From an uncultured Gammaproteobacteria bacterium (GTDB lineage Bacteria; Pseudomonadota; Gammaproteobacteria; Pseudomonadales; JAHEGP01): a DNA stretch of 64,000 nucleotides. The number at the start of each line of letters is the position of its first letter. Position 1 is the first letter of the stretch. A model generated the notes under the pieces. That model did not search any database, had not been told where the DNA came from, and worked only from the letters and a program-made list of their open reading frames with translations. Shown piece by piece: positions 1 to 10,558 of this stretch. The position numbers were made by a program, and so were the translations under genes. The stretch lies in contig CAVROQ010000012.1 of the NCBI GenBank assembly GCA_963722805.1, positions 280,047 to 344,046 on the forward strand, read 5' to 3'.

Positions 1-697
1 AGAGGACTACCCGGAAAACACCATGCTGGCTTTCAATGCTGCGGTGGGCATGGGCTATCGCTACATTGAGACCGACGTCCATATCACCGCCGACGGCCGA
101 CTGCTGGCCTTTCATGACGATCGTCTCGACCGGGTCTGCGACGGTGAAGGCTTGATTCAAACTTTACCGTGGTCTGAGGTTAAGTCTGCCCGGGTAGCCG
201 GCAGCGAACCCATCGTCGAGCTGGCGGAATTACTGGAGACATTCACCGAGACCCGCTTTAATCTGGATATTAAACACTGGGCCGCGCTGGAACCCTGCCT
301 CGACCTGATCGACCGCATGAACTGCTGGGACCGGGTATGTATTGGTTCGTTTTCCGATCGCCGCCTCGGCAGGGTGCGCGGCGCAATTATTCAAAGTCAC
401 CTCAATGCCTGCACCTCAATGGGACCGCTGGGCGTGCTCGCGATGAAAGCCCGTGAATTTCGCCTCCCGACGGGCTCAAGGGCCCAATGCGCCCAGGTGC
501 CGGTCAAGTATGCAGGGATTCCGGTGGTAACCCGCGGCTTTGTCGACACCTGCCATCGCCAGGGTATACAGGTTCATGTGTGGACGATTGATGATCCGGC
601 TGAGATGCGGCGTTTGGTGGAGCTGGGAGTCGACGGCCTGATGACCGACAAGCCTTCGTTGCTAAAACAGGTACTGGTGGAATTGGGACGCTGGTAA
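1..697 (+). CDS. Glycerophosphodiester phosphodiesterase (GDPD) family protein; 5' end lies outside the window
   Basis: The frame of ORF 23..697 stays open to base 2. EDYPENT precedes the first Met, which is the PENT motif of GDPD enzymes. YIETDVHITADGRLLAFHDDRLDR and VHVWTIDD...GVDGLMTDKP motifs are also present. Confidence 0.75.
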   Translation, partial: EDYPENTMLAFNAAVGMGYRYIETDVHITADGRLLAFHDDRLDRVCDGEGLIQTLPWSEVKSARVAGSEPIVELAELLETFTETRFNLDIKHWAALEPCLDLIDRMNCWDRVCIGSFSDRRLGRVRGAIIQSHLNACTSMGPLGVLAMKAREFRLPTGSRAQCAQVPVKYAGIPVVTRGFVDTCHRQGIQVHVWTIDDPAEMRRLVELGVDGLMTDKPSLLKQVLVELGRW

Positions 698-754
698 GCT
701 TGCTAGCAGCCAGCCTGAATGACTCCAGTGGCCGCCTTGGATCAATGTCTTTCC

Positions 755-1366
755 CTACCCGACAATGAGTACCGCAAGGTTGCGCGGACCATGGGCGCCA
801 AACACCTGGGTCAAGGCGACATCAGCGGTACTCGACGGCCCCGAAATTGCGTTGACGGCCCGGGGCAGTTGACCTTGCCAAAGCTTGCGGCACAGCTCCC
901 AAGCATCCTCCCACCGGCTGACGATGGTCTGGCCGTCCAGCACAATGATATGGTGATCCGGCAGAAAGTTCAGCGAAGTTGGGTTTGCCGCGCCGGATTG
1001 CAGCAGCGCCGTACCGCTTTCGGCAATACCGCACATCGCTTCGCTAATGGCCAGGGGATCGGAGACCAGCGCGGGGCGCTGTTGCAGCTCCAGATTCGCT
1101 GCCTGCCATGGCAGGTTGGCCAGGGCATCGCCACCGACAATCCGGGGCGGCAGCTGGTGCTCTTGCGCGTAAGCAGATACCCAGGCCGGCACATCATCGC
1201 CAGTGGCCAACTCGGCGACGGTAATATGCGTGGCGGTCATCTGTTGGATTAATGCCTCACGCGCATCGGCGCCCACTGCGGCATGCGGTCGAGGCATAGC
1301 TGGCGGGGCGACATCACGCCGGGTTTGTCGCAGGCGACTTAAGATCTGCTCTCGGTCTGCCATCAT
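755..1366 (-). CDS. lutC: Lactate utilization protein C (LUD domain, YkgG-like)
   Basis: LUD-type sequence and last gene of a lutA-lutB-lutC ordered minus-strand cluster. I place the start at ATG 1366, which overlaps the lutB TGA as ATGA, rather than at the longer track start (1402). Confidence 0.7.
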   Translation of the reverse strand: MMADREQILSRLRQTRRDVAPPAMPRPHAAVGADAREALIQQMTATHITVAELATGDDVPAWVSAYAQEHQLPPRIVGGDALANLPWQAANLELQQRPALVSDPLAISEAMCGIAESGTALLQSGAANPTSLNFLPDHHIIVLDGQTIVSRWEDAWELCRKLWQGQLPRAVNAISGPSSTADVALTQVFGAHGPRNLAVLIVG

Positions 1367-2790
1367 TGTTGCCGCTCTTGTTGACGTTTTTGTTGCTGCC
1401 ACTGATTGAGGAATGTCTGCCCCTGGGGCGCTGGAAAATCTCGCACCTCAGTCCAGCCATTCGCCAACAACAGGGAGCTAAAGCTGCCTTTTTTTCTGGC
1501 CAATGCCGCCATTATGGGCATGACGATTCTTGAGCCCCAGCGATACAGGCGCGGGTATGAAAGCATCCGCATATAGATCGCGATACCCCAGCGCCAGCGA
1601 CGCGGATTAAGCTTTCTATCGCTAGCCTCAGCACGCAACTGTCGCAGCATATCCGGCAACGGAATATCCATGGGACAGGCTTCCTGGCAGCGACCGCAAG
1701 TGGTGCATGCAACGGGCAGATCCTTGGAGTTCTCCAGTCCCTGCATCAGTGGCGTCAGCACAGATCCCATCGGCCCCGGGTAGACCCAGCCATAGGCATG
1801 GCCACCGACGTGGGTATAGATAGGGCAGTGGTTAAGGCATGAGCCACAGCGAATACAACGCAGCATGTCGCTGTATTCGCCAGCTAACATCTGTGACCGG
1901 CCGTTATCCAACAGCACCACATGGAATTGCTCGGGGCCATCGAGGTCGGCAGCTCGTTTGGGCCCGGTAAAGAAGCTGGTATAACAGGTAATTGCCTGCC
2001 CGGTCGCACTGCGACTGAGCACCCGCAGTAGTGAGCTGGCATCGTCCAGGGTCGGCAACACCTTTTCGATACTGGTGGCGACAATCTGCACCTTGGGCAG
2101 GGTGCTGCACAGGTCACCATTACCCTCGTTGGTCACCAACAGGGTGCTGCCGGTTTCGGCGATAAGGGCATTGGCGCCGACAATACCCACATCGGCCGCA
2201 CCAAACCGGTTGCGCAGTACCTCACGGGCCTCGGTTACGATAGAGATGGGATCGGGCAACTCGCGCTCACCCAGGTCGTGATGCTTGAGGAACAGCTGCC
2301 GAACCTGGTCGACCGTTTTATGAATGGCGGGCCCCACAATATGACTGGGGTGTTCGTGCGCCAGCTGGATGATGTATTCGCCGAGGTCTGTCTCCAGCAA
2401 GTCCATCCCGGCGCCGATCAGGGCATCATTGAGGCCGGTCTCCTCGGTCACCATCGACTTGCCTTTTACCACCCGCCTGGCATCGGCGGCCTGGCATATA
2501 CCCGTAATAATGCGGTTAAACTCGGCCGGAGTGTCGGCCCAATGTACAGTGCCACCATTCGCTTGCACGGCCGCCTCGAACTGCTCGAGGTAAGCCCCCA
2601 TATTCGCCAGCGTGTGATCTTTCATCTGTTTGACGTAGTGGCGTTGCTCCTCAAAATTGCCCATGGCGTCAATCGCCAACTTCCGCTTCAGCGGCATACC
2701 GAAGCCCAAAACCCCGAGTGAGGACTGCAGGTCCTCGTTGTTTATGCCGTCGCGTGAACGCGCAATAAAATCCTGGCTCTGAATTTTCAC
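1363..2790 (-). CDS. lutB: Lactate utilization protein B (LUD domain plus two 4Fe-4S motifs, YkgF-like)
   Basis: Ferredoxin-type motifs CIRCGSCLNHCP and CTTCGRCQEACP follow an N-terminal LUD-like region. The gene overlaps the upstream gene by 4 nt (2787-2790). Confidence 0.85.
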   Translation of the reverse strand: MKIQSQDFIARSRDGINNEDLQSSLGVLGFGMPLKRKLAIDAMGNFEEQRHYVKQMKDHTLANMGAYLEQFEAAVQANGGTVHWADTPAEFNRIITGICQAADARRVVKGKSMVTEETGLNDALIGAGMDLLETDLGEYIIQLAHEHPSHIVGPAIHKTVDQVRQLFLKHHDLGERELPDPISIVTEAREVLRNRFGAADVGIVGANALIAETGSTLLVTNEGNGDLCSTLPKVQIVATSIEKVLPTLDDASSLLRVLSRSATGQAITCYTSFFTGPKRAADLDGPEQFHVVLLDNGRSQMLAGEYSDMLRCIRCGSCLNHCPIYTHVGGHAYGWVYPGPMGSVLTPLMQGLENSKDLPVACTTCGRCQEACPMDIPLPDMLRQLRAEASDRKLNPRRWRWGIAIYMRMLSYPRLYRWGSRIVMPIMAALARKKGSFSSLLLANGWTEVRDFPAPQGQTFLNQWQQQKRQQERQQ

Positions 2791-3632
2791 GACTTTTCTC
2801 CAACGCCAATGGCAGGCCCCGACAGATCACCCGCGAGCACCTCGGCGACATGGCGCACTTCGAGGGCCTTTCCCTCCCGACTGACGCGACCGGCAATATT
2901 CAACAGACAGCCCATATCGCCGCCCAGCAGCAGCGCCGCGCCGGTAGCTTCTGCATTGGCCAGTTTGGTATCCACCATCTCGCGGGATATATCCGGTAAC
3001 TTGACGCAGAAAGTGCCGCCAAACCCACAGCAAACATCGGTATCCTGCATCTCTTTGAGCTCGAGTCCGGCGACGCCCGCCAGAAGGGTGCGAGGCTGCT
3101 GCTCGACACCCAATTCCCGCAGGCCGGCACAGCTGTCGTGGTAGCAGGCGGTCACCGGCTTTTGGCCCCGGGACAGCTGCGCCGGGTCTAACTGCATCAC
3201 ATCGACCAGAAAGCTGGTCAGTTCAAAACAGTGTTCTGCCAGCGCCACGGCGCGAGCATGCCACTGGGGATCTTCGGACAACAACCGGGGGTAGTGATGT
3301 TTGACCATCCCGATGCAGGAACCGGAAGGCGCGACCACGTACTGGTAACCTTCAAATGTTTTAATAAACTGCCTGGCGATCGTCTGGCTGGCGGGGAAGT
3401 CGCCTGAATTATAACCGGGCTGGCCACAGCAACTCTGGCCGTCAGGCACGACAACATCGCAGCCGGCGCGCTGCAACAGGTCCAGGGTGGCGAATCCCAC
3501 TGAGGGGCGAATGAGATCGACCAGACAAGTTACAAACAGTGCAACCTGGGGTCGCGGGGTGGAAGGCGTATCGAGTTGCTGGGGCACAGCGAGTTCCTTA
3601 GCAAGAATTAATGGTGCGACGATAGCTCCCAT
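2787..3632 (-). CDS. lutA: Lactate utilization protein A ((Fe-S)-binding CCG-domain oxidoreductase, YkgE-like)
   Basis: Two CCG cysteine motifs (QSCCGQPGYNSG and DVCCGFGGTF). The track ORF runs to 3782 and would overlap the divergent gene starting at 3706. The conserved core starts at QVALFVTCL, so ATG 3632 (or GTG 3587) is the more likely start. Confidence 0.75.
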   Translation of the reverse strand: MGAIVAPLILAKELAVPQQLDTPSTPRPQVALFVTCLVDLIRPSVGFATLDLLQRAGCDVVVPDGQSCCGQPGYNSGDFPASQTIARQFIKTFEGYQYVVAPSGSCIGMVKHHYPRLLSEDPQWHARAVALAEHCFELTSFLVDVMQLDPAQLSRGQKPVTACYHDSCAGLRELGVEQQPRTLLAGVAGLELKEMQDTDVCCGFGGTFCVKLPDISREMVDTKLANAEATGAALLLGGDMGCLLNIAGRVSREGKALEVRHVAEVLAGDLSGPAIGVGEKS

Positions 3633-3705
3633 TTGCAGCCCGGCAGCAGACCCTGCACAATCGTCTATCACACCACAAGCATGATGCCTTATCAAGGAGT
3701 TAACG

Positions 3706-4959
3706 ATGATCGAGTGGACTGAGACGCACCTGATGCTGCGAGATGCCGTGCGCGGTTTTTGTGAAACTGAAATTGAGCCCAATCTCGATCAGCTGGAGCA
3801 TGGCGATACACCTCCCTACGAGGTGCTGCGCAAGTTTATCAAGACATTCGGTATCGACGAGATGGCCCGCAGCAACTTTGCCAGGACCCTGGCACGAGAA
3901 GATAAGCACCAGGCGACAGAGGGGGCAGGGACTGGCAAAAAGCCTGATAGTGCAGATAAGTATGCCCAGCGACTGGATGCGGCGGCGATGCGCGCGGTAC
4001 CCATTATCGAATTGTCACGCTACTGTCCGGGCATGGTGACGGCGATGGGTGTCAGCATGGGGCTAACCGGCGCTGCCATTATGTCCCGTGGAACCCGGGC
4101 GCAAAAGGAGCGGTGGGCCCTGCCGGTGCTTACCATGGAAAAAATCGGCGCCTGGGCAATCACCGAGCCCAACTCTGGCTCTGATGCTTTTGGTGGTATG
4201 AAATCCACCTGCAAGCGTGACGGCAATGGCGGATATCTGCTCAACGGCAACAAGACCTACATCACCAACGGTCCCTATGCCGATACTATCGTGTTTATTT
4301 GTAAGCTGGATGAGCCCGAGGTAGACCCGCGCCAACGCAAGATTGTCAGTTTTATTCTCGACAGTGGCATGCAAGGCCTCACTCAAAGCAAGCCGTTTCG
4401 CAAAATGGGGATACATTCGTCGCCAACCGGCGAGTTGTTTTTACAGGATGTTGCGGTGGGGGCCGAGCGCCTGATTGGCGAAACTGAAGCGGTTTCGGCT
4501 CGTGCCGGTGCCAAATCGACTTTCTCTGCGGAGCGTTCCGGCGTGGTGGCTATGGCCCTGGGTATTGTCGAACGATGCCTCGAACTGTCAGTCAAGTATA
4601 GCAACGAGCGCGTTCAGTTCGGCCAACCGATCGGCCAGTTCCAACTGATCCAACTCAAGCTGGCCAATATGGAAGTGGCGCGGGTCAATTTACAGAACAT
4701 GCTGTTCCGCAACATCGAAATGGCCGCCAGCGATCGTGAGCAGACCCTGGCCGAGACCTCGGCAATGAAGCTCTATGCTGCCAGAGCCGCGGTCGAGGTG
4801 GCCATGGAGGCGGTCCAGATACATGGTGGCAATGGCTATATGAGCGAATACCGGGTGGAGCAGCTGGCACGGGACGCTAAAATACTGCAGATTTACGGTG
4901 GCACCGATGAAATCCAGATAACCCATGTCGCACGAGACTTGTTGCAGCGCGGAGCTTAG
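3706..4959 (+). CDS. Acyl-CoA dehydrogenase family protein
   Basis: ACAD motifs AWAITEPNSGSDA and YITNG, plus the C-terminal [12 protein letters not shown]...[23 protein letters not shown] lies upstream of the ATG. Confidence 0.9.
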   Translation: MIEWTETHLMLRDAVRGFCETEIEPNLDQLEHGDTPPYEVLRKFIKTFGIDEMARSNFARTLAREDKHQATEGAGTGKKPDSADKYAQRLDAAAMRAVPIIELSRYCPGMVTAMGVSMGLTGAAIMSRGTRAQKERWALPVLTMEKIGAWAITEPNSGSDAFGGMKSTCKRDGNGGYLLNGNKTYITNGPYADTIVFICKLDEPEVDPRQRKIVSFILDSGMQGLTQSKPFRKMGIHSSPTGELFLQDVAVGAERLIGETEAVSARAGAKSTFSAERSGVVAMALGIVERCLELSVKYSNERVQFGQPIGQFQLIQLKLANMEVARVNLQNMLFRNIEMAASDREQTLAETSAMKLYAARAAVEVAMEAVQIHGGNGYMSEYRVEQLARDAKILQIYGGTDEIQITHVARDLLQRGA

Positions 4960-5224
4960 GGCATCTCTGATTAATTCGGTGTCACCTCAGGCTTTGCGCC
5001 GTGATGTCCTGCAAAGCGAGGTCACGCAGTAAGGCTGGTTGCCTTTCGAGTGACCACAATGCCGCAGGAGATTGCGGCGCAAAGCCCCGAAGGGCGGGCC
5101 TTTGGTGATCGCTGGACTGCGTTGCGACGCTCGTCAATGAGAACCACCATTGACCTTCGCGCCGCGCCTTGCCAGCCATCACCAAAGGCTCCGCTGAGGT
5201 AGTACCTAATTGATCAGAGGTGCC
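4960..5224. repeat. MITE-like palindromic element, long copy (about 265 bp)
   Basis: Imperfect terminal inverted repeats: ggcatctctgattaattcggtgtcacctcag at 4960 matches the reverse complement of ctgaggtagtacctaattgatcagaggtgcc ending at 5224, about 25 of 31 positions. There is an internal long stem (ggctttgcgccg ... cggcgcaaagcc). (c)ttag flanks both ends (4955-4959 and 5224-5228). Related copies lie at 23137-23242 and 42160-42238. Confidence 0.6.
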
Positions 5225-5250
5225 TTAGCAGCTTATTGAGGAAGGCTGTG

Positions 5251-5278
5251 TTGACCATATGTTAGCTATGGCTATAAA
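5251..5278 (+). promoter_or_regulatory. Near-consensus sigma70-type promoter (TTGACC, 16-nt spacer, TATAAA)
   Basis: ttgacc at 5251-5256 and tataaa at 5273-5278, about 30 nt upstream of the ATG (5307) of the decayed Memo-like gene. This is a sequence pattern only. Confidence 0.4.
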
Positions 5279-5306
5279 ATAGCTCAGTAAAGATGGTATG
5301 AGTTCA

Positions 5307-6120
5307 ATGAAGACGCGACAAGCCGTGACCGGGCTGTTTTAAGACGCCGACGCCCGGCGATTACAACACCATATCGCCACATTGATGAGTGCCGCCGACG
5401 CGCGCAAACTGAGCCCACCGTGCGCTTTGATCGTGCCCCATGCAGGCTATGTTTACTCGGACCACACTGCGGCCCAAGCTTGCTGCTGACTGCAGGCTTT
5501 TCGGCGCTAAATCAGTCGAGTCGCGCTGTTCGGCCTGGCCCGCCCCGGTCCACCGGTTCTACCTGCTGGTCATGGCAGTGCCGAAGTGGCTGCATTCGAG
5601 ACGCCCCCGGACGAGGTCAAGCTGGATCGCGCCGCTATCCCCGAGCTCTCGGAAATGCCCGACGTGGAAGTGTCGGATAAGGCCCACCGGGAGGAACATG
5701 GCCTGGAAGTCCAACTGACGTTTTTGCAGGCGACGCTCGACACCTTCACTCTGGTGCCCGTGGTAGTGGGCAACAGTGATCGGCGATCAGAAACCAGGGT
5801 GGCGCACCGTGCGAGTACCCCAATACCCCGCTGGTCGTAAGGAGCGACCTGTCTCACTGCCATCGCTATGAGCAGGCGAACACCATCGACCAGCACACCT
5901 GTGATTGTTTGCTTGCCAAGGGCGATACACTGCTGGATGAAGACGCCTGCGGCGCCAACGCCCTCAATAGCCTGATGGCGAGCAACACCGCCAGGGACCT
6001 GCGAGTGGAATGACTCCAGCGCTGTAACTCTGGGTATACTGCGGGCGACCGCGGGAAAGTGGCGGCCAAGCTCCAGGCAATGAGGTTGGGCACGGCCGCG
6101 GAACTGGTTGATGCGGCTAT
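5307..6120 (+). pseudogene. Decayed Memo-like (AmmeMemoRadiSam system protein B family) gene
   Basis: Family hallmarks are spread over broken frames: IVPHAGYVYS, DKAHREEHGLEVQLTFLQ, VPVVVGN, SDLSHCHRYEQA, ACGANAL and NSGYTAGD. In-frame stops include TAA at 5340-5342 (codon 12) and several later ones. The frame changes near 5800-5830. The 3' boundary is approximate. Confidence 0.6.
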
Positions 6121-6348
6121 TCATGCGACGCTTACCTATTTCGTCTACCGACCGGCTACGCTAGTGGTCAGCAAACTATTGCGGAGCATGCAGGTACATG
6201 AATATGGCTCCACTGAAGTAAATGGATAAAGTTGCTGCGTACTCAGCAGCATGATCGAAAACCGGTGTCACCCAGAATCAGAAAGTGCGAAAGATTATTG
6301 ACGCCACCCCAAATACCGGTGAATTGACAAGAGTAGTATGGAGAACTT

Positions 6349-8214
6349 ATGAAACGATGGGTTAGGCGGCAGCTCGATATTAGCTTCACACATGCCTTTG
6401 TCTTTTTTCTATTTGTAGTTTTTTTATTGCGCTGGTATCGGAAGGATAACATCCTCAATATTCATTTTGATGCCTACTCTATTAGCGCAATATTGCTAAG
6501 TTTTTTGGCATTACATTTTTTTATGAGATTTTTTGATTCACTAACCTCTTTCCACAAGTGGCTCAGAATCCCAGTAACTTTTATATGCGTCTTCTTGTTT
6601 TTGATCTTGTCGTATTACACTTTGAGTGTGGGAGCGAATCTGGATTATAGCGTCATTGTTGATAATGCTGGCGCTGGATTGCATGCGGAAAGTTTTAAGG
6701 TCATTGCCAGTACCTTTTCACCAAGGGATTTTGTTGAGATTGGTGTTATTTTGTTGTTTTTAGCTGTTGCGCAAAAAACAACAGGGGCGCTCGAACTCAA
6801 AAGCGCCGAGGTTTTACCGATTGTTAATATTGCATTGTATGCAACTCTTTTTCTCGCAATCGCCCTATTCACCAAGGGCAATTTAGATCCTTTTTCAAGT
6901 TTTGGTGCGTCAGTACACAACACATATAATGTCAATGTGCTGGACAAACTATCTCCGGAGCTTAAGGCAAGATTAGAAGTCGAACCATATCCTCTGGTTA
7001 AATCTACCAAGAACATCGCGGTTGAAAATCCTCCCAATATATTTATTGTTATGATGGAATCGCTGAATGGTAATTATGTTGATGCTACTTCCCAAGATGG
7101 TAAAGCATACACCCCGTTTTTTAATTCTTTGACGCTTAGAGGGAGGCATTACAAGAACTTTTATGGCAATTCAGTTCAAACGGCCAAGGGGATGTTTGCA
7201 ACATTTTGTTCGTTGATGCCATCGTTTAGTGGAAATGCTTTCACTGAGTTTGAAGATAATAACTTTCGGTGCCTTGCTGATATCCTAAGAAGGAATAATT
7301 ATGAGACTTATTTTTTTAAGGCTTTTCATAGTTTGGCGTTCGATAATGCATACAATTTTAATGTGAAAAATGGATTTACGTATTTAAAATCAATGGATGA
7401 AACCATGATTTCAGAACAGGAGCGTAAAAAATACTATTGGGGATGGGGAATACAAGATGATTTTTTCTATAAAAAAATGTTTAAGTATATTGATGCGCAA
7501 CGTGATAAAAATCCAAAAAAGCCGGTCTTTGTAACAAGCTTAACTATTAGTCATCATAATCCGTTTGAATCTGTCCCAGAGCGCATGTGGAAAATATATC
7601 CGGATCAGAAAAACAGAAGAGAACAGTTTGCAAACTCTATGTACGTTGCTGATTCCTACTTGAAGGAGTTCTTTTCTCAGCTGGAGAGCAGAGATTACTT
7701 GGATAACTCGATTGTTTTCGTTCTCGGCGATCATAGTTTTCCATCCGGTGAGAATGGAAACTTCAATAGCGAAGTCGGCTATAAGGAGGAAAATTTTAAA
7801 ACCTCATTGGTGATGATCGACATGAGAGCGCAGGCAGGAGAGGAAATAACGGATGCCTATTCTCAGCTCAACATTGCTCCTACGGTGTTGCAATTAGCCG
7901 GTATATCTGGAGACAATCACTTTTTAGGTGAGTCGTTATTGGCGGCAGCGCCAGAATATATTCCACTTGTTCAACCATATAATGGTCGCTATCTTGGTTT
8001 AGTAAGTCAGCCATATAAATTTGTCTTTCATCAGCGAACTGGGCGGATGTATGCTTACAATCTGGACCTAGATCCTCAAGAGAAAGTGAATATTATTGAT
8101 GATATGAGTGACGAAAGGCTAAGCGAGTACCAGTCTAAACTGGCAGAGATATACTACAACTACTACCTGTTGAAGCAGGATCGTATTTGGCCACGAAATG
8201 ATACCGTTCAATGA
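6349..8214 (+). CDS. LTA synthase / phosphoglycerol-transferase-like membrane protein (alkaline phosphatase/sulfatase superfamily)
   Basis: A multi-helix hydrophobic N-terminus is followed by a sulfatase-type domain with motifs NIFIVMMESLNG, NSVQTAKGMFATFCS (putative Thr nucleophile) and FVLGDHSFP. GGAG lies 7 nt before the ATG. The gene is strongly AT-rich relative to its flanks. Confidence 0.75.
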   Translation: MKRWVRRQLDISFTHAFVFFLFVVFLLRWYRKDNILNIHFDAYSISAILLSFLALHFFMRFFDSLTSFHKWLRIPVTFICVFLFLILSYYTLSVGANLDYSVIVDNAGAGLHAESFKVIASTFSPRDFVEIGVILLFLAVAQKTTGALELKSAEVLPIVNIALYATLFLAIALFTKGNLDPFSSFGASVHNTYNVNVLDKLSPELKARLEVEPYPLVKSTKNIAVENPPNIFIVMMESLNGNYVDATSQDGKAYTPFFNSLTLRGRHYKNFYGNSVQTAKGMFATFCSLMPSFSGNAFTEFEDNNFRCLADILRRNNYETYFFKAFHSLAFDNAYNFNVKNGFTYLKSMDETMISEQERKKYYWGWGIQDDFFYKKMFKYIDAQRDKNPKKPVFVTSLTISHHNPFESVPERMWKIYPDQKNRREQFANSMYVADSYLKEFFSQLESRDYLDNSIVFVLGDHSFPSGENGNFNSEVGYKEENFKTSLVMIDMRAQAGEEITDAYSQLNIAPTVLQLAGISGDNHFLGESLLAAAPEYIPLVQPYNGRYLGLVSQPYKFVFHQRTGRMYAYNLDLDPQEKVNIIDDMSDERLSEYQSKLAEIYYNYYLLKQDRIWPRNDTVQ

Positions 8215-8594
8215 TTTTCGCTGAGCGCACTGAAGACCATATAGATCTTATCGCTGTAGTCCCAAAAATACTCATGCAAGCCGAAGTTGAACTTGTCGAA
8301 GTCCTTCCGGTAGTTCCGTTGGATCGACTCTCAGCAGCGGCAGAAAATCCCGTCTGTTTATTATGCTGGGCGTGCAATTATTAGCCATCGGCAGGGCCGG
8401 GGCTAATACACTCATTTTTAGCCACGCCAAAGACATCAATGAGTACATAATCAGGGAAACCCTCAACTGTTGCCTTTTGATATTTGGCGCATTACTGCCA
8501 GATTGCATGTACTGGCGCGATAGGAAACTGGCCATTTACTGGACAATAACCCGATCAATTCAAACAAGCAAAGACCGATAGTTGGTAAAACCAG

Positions 8595-10532
8595 ATGAAC
8601 AGAATCAATCCTCACTCCCCGAGCTGGGACTTCAAAATATGGTTGCCATTATTGCTGGCAGTTGCCTACGGCATTTTCGCGCGACTCTACAATCTTGGCC
8701 ACTGGGAACTCACGATTGACGAATACTACATCGTTAAATCAATCGAGAGCATACTGGACGACGGTCTGCCCTCTTTTGGCTGCGGAGGCTACTATGAACG
8801 CGGCCTACTTCAGCAATACCTGACTGCTCCGCTCATTGCCTACTGTGACAATACCGCATTTGCCGCTCGCATTCTGCCGGCGCTAGCCAATATACTCGCT
8901 ATTCCGGTGATGTTTAAACTCGCCGAGAAAGTCAGTCAATCCAGGCTGATAGCTGCAGTCGTCACCAGCCTGTTCGCGCTATCCCTATGGGAAATTGAAT
9001 TCGCACGTTTTGCCCGTATGTACAGTTTTTTTCAATTAGTATTTATCCTGCAACTGTATTGGCTCGTAGAAATTACTATCGAAGACCGAATTGACCGCTA
9101 CAAATACCTGCTAGCCACTACCGCACTCGGAATATTTATCTACCAGGGAGTTATCTTCTCCCTGGTCTTGTGCACACTGCCAATTATCCTGAGCACGAAT
9201 CGCATTAAGCCGGCACACCTCTTTGGCCTGGCCATTACTACAGTTTTAATAGCGATTCGCACCAAAATTCATTTTCGCAATCTGCTAGCCGAGCCTCGCT
9301 ATCCGGAGGAATACATGGGCAGTAGCAGCGAAAAGCTCCCAGTCCATATTCCAGAATTTATGCTGGTCGACGCAACTTCCGCTTGGGTGCTGACCGCGAC
9401 GGTATTTGCCGCGATAATCCTGGGCCTGCTTGTACTGCAAACACACAAGCAGCGCTTCAATATTTGGCAAGGCGTTGTGATGGCGGGGATTTTTGTCTGC
9501 GCCGTACTGCATCAATTTGCTCTGGCGTTAGTCTTGGCGATTATCTCTACTTGCTTTGGTATTTTTAAAGACAGGGGATGGTATTTCCTGAGGCTTTGTC
9601 TATGGATTGTCGTACCCTTGGGTATCTTCTGGCTATTGCTTGGCGTCATTGGCTTGGAGCTCGGTATACCTGACACTATCAGGCTAATGCTAAGATACCC
9701 CTCGGTTTACTGGAATGTGCTGGTTCCGTTCTTTGCTGCTGTTCCTCGAGACAGCCTGATTTTCTTTCCGATACTACTGCTAGGTGCTGTATGGCTTCTG
9801 CGAGAAGCGATACTCAGCGGAAAAATCAGCGCTCCATCGCTTTTACTCGGGGTGAGCATAATGCTGCTCGTTGCGCAAAGTGCATTTATAACTCCGGAAA
9901 ACCCTACCCGCTACAGCTTTTTCCTGTACCCCTGTCTGCTGCTGCTATTCTGCTATTTTTGCGTTCGTTTGCCGACCGTATTCCAGCTGCCCTCGAGAAT
10001 TCAACGGTCACTAAGCATTGGCCTTATATTGATATTCGTTTTGGTGTCGGAAAACTACAACCCCAAGCACTTGCTGAATGTAAGCTCAGCTGAATACAAC
10101 TTTCGCATGCCTTATCAGCTGTTTTTACAGTTTCACTTTTACCAGCGCTATAGCTACACAGATGTGGCAGATTTTATTAACAAAAACCTGGAGGATGGCG
10201 ACCAGGTTATAGCAGCCACGCCAGTTATTGATTACTACCTGGACAAGCTGGATTTCTCATACCGGGACATTGCGACAAGGTGGTTTCAGGAGACCAGTGC
10301 CTGCAGCGGTACCCGACACATATGGAGCCACTCGCCGCTAATTTATACACAGCAACATCTTTTGGAGCAGGTGGCCAATGGCCAGAAAAACACATGGATA
10401 ATTACTGGTGAAAACGGCAAAGGGTTTCAAGGTCCGGAAGATAAATTCATCTCCAGTCACTACCAGCAGTATCTAACGTTCACTGGCCAGGATTCTCAGC
10501 TTAAAGTCTACAAAATCCCGGCAGACAGATAG
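8595..10532 (+). CDS. GT-C fold membrane glycosyltransferase (ArnT/PMT-like, GT39/83-type)
   Basis: About 13 predicted hydrophobic helices. An acidic first-loop motif follows helix 1 ([24 protein letters not shown]), as in ArnT/PMT_2 enzymes. There is a C-terminal soluble domain of about 130 aa. The gene is AT-rich. Confidence 0.55.
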   Translation: MNRINPHSPSWDFKIWLPLLLAVAYGIFARLYNLGHWELTIDEYYIVKSIESILDDGLPSFGCGGYYERGLLQQYLTAPLIAYCDNTAFAARILPALANILAIPVMFKLAEKVSQSRLIAAVVTSLFALSLWEIEFARFARMYSFFQLVFILQLYWLVEITIEDRIDRYKYLLATTALGIFIYQGVIFSLVLCTLPIILSTNRIKPAHLFGLAITTVLIAIRTKIHFRNLLAEPRYPEEYMGSSSEKLPVHIPEFMLVDATSAWVLTATVFAAIILGLLVLQTHKQRFNIWQGVVMAGIFVCAVLHQFALALVLAIISTCFGIFKDRGWYFLRLCLWIVVPLGIFWLLLGVIGLELGIPDTIRLMLRYPSVYWNVLVPFFAAVPRDSLIFFPILLLGAVWLLREAILSGKISAPSLLLGVSIMLLVAQSAFITPENPTRYSFFLYPCLLLLFCYFCVRLPTVFQLPSRIQRSLSIGLILIFVLVSENYNPKHLLNVSSAEYNFRMPYQLFLQFHFYQRYSYTDVADFINKNLEDGDQVIAATPVIDYYLDKLDFSYRDIATRWFQETSACSGTRHIWSHSPLIYTQQHLLEQVANGQKNTWIITGENGKGFQGPEDKFISSHYQQYLTFTGQDSQLKVYKIPADR

Positions 10533-10558
10533 AATCAGGATGTTGGGTCAACTGCCTG

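Noticed and set aside
719-1252. 177-aa plus-strand ORF opposite lutC
   Set aside because: It is antisense to a gene with clear LUD-family similarity. Its translation is low-complexity and Arg/Gly-rich, as is typical of GC-rich antisense frames.
8208-8594. Protein-like minus-strand reading frames (for example ...RNYRKDFDKFNFGLHEYFWDYSDKIYMVFSALSENH* and ...VEGFPDYVLIDVFGVAKNECISPGPADG*) in the spacer between the two AT-rich genes
   Set aside because: This may be a relic of a decayed gene. The frames are interrupted by stops, lack a start codon, and I cannot assign any family, so I do not report it as a feature.
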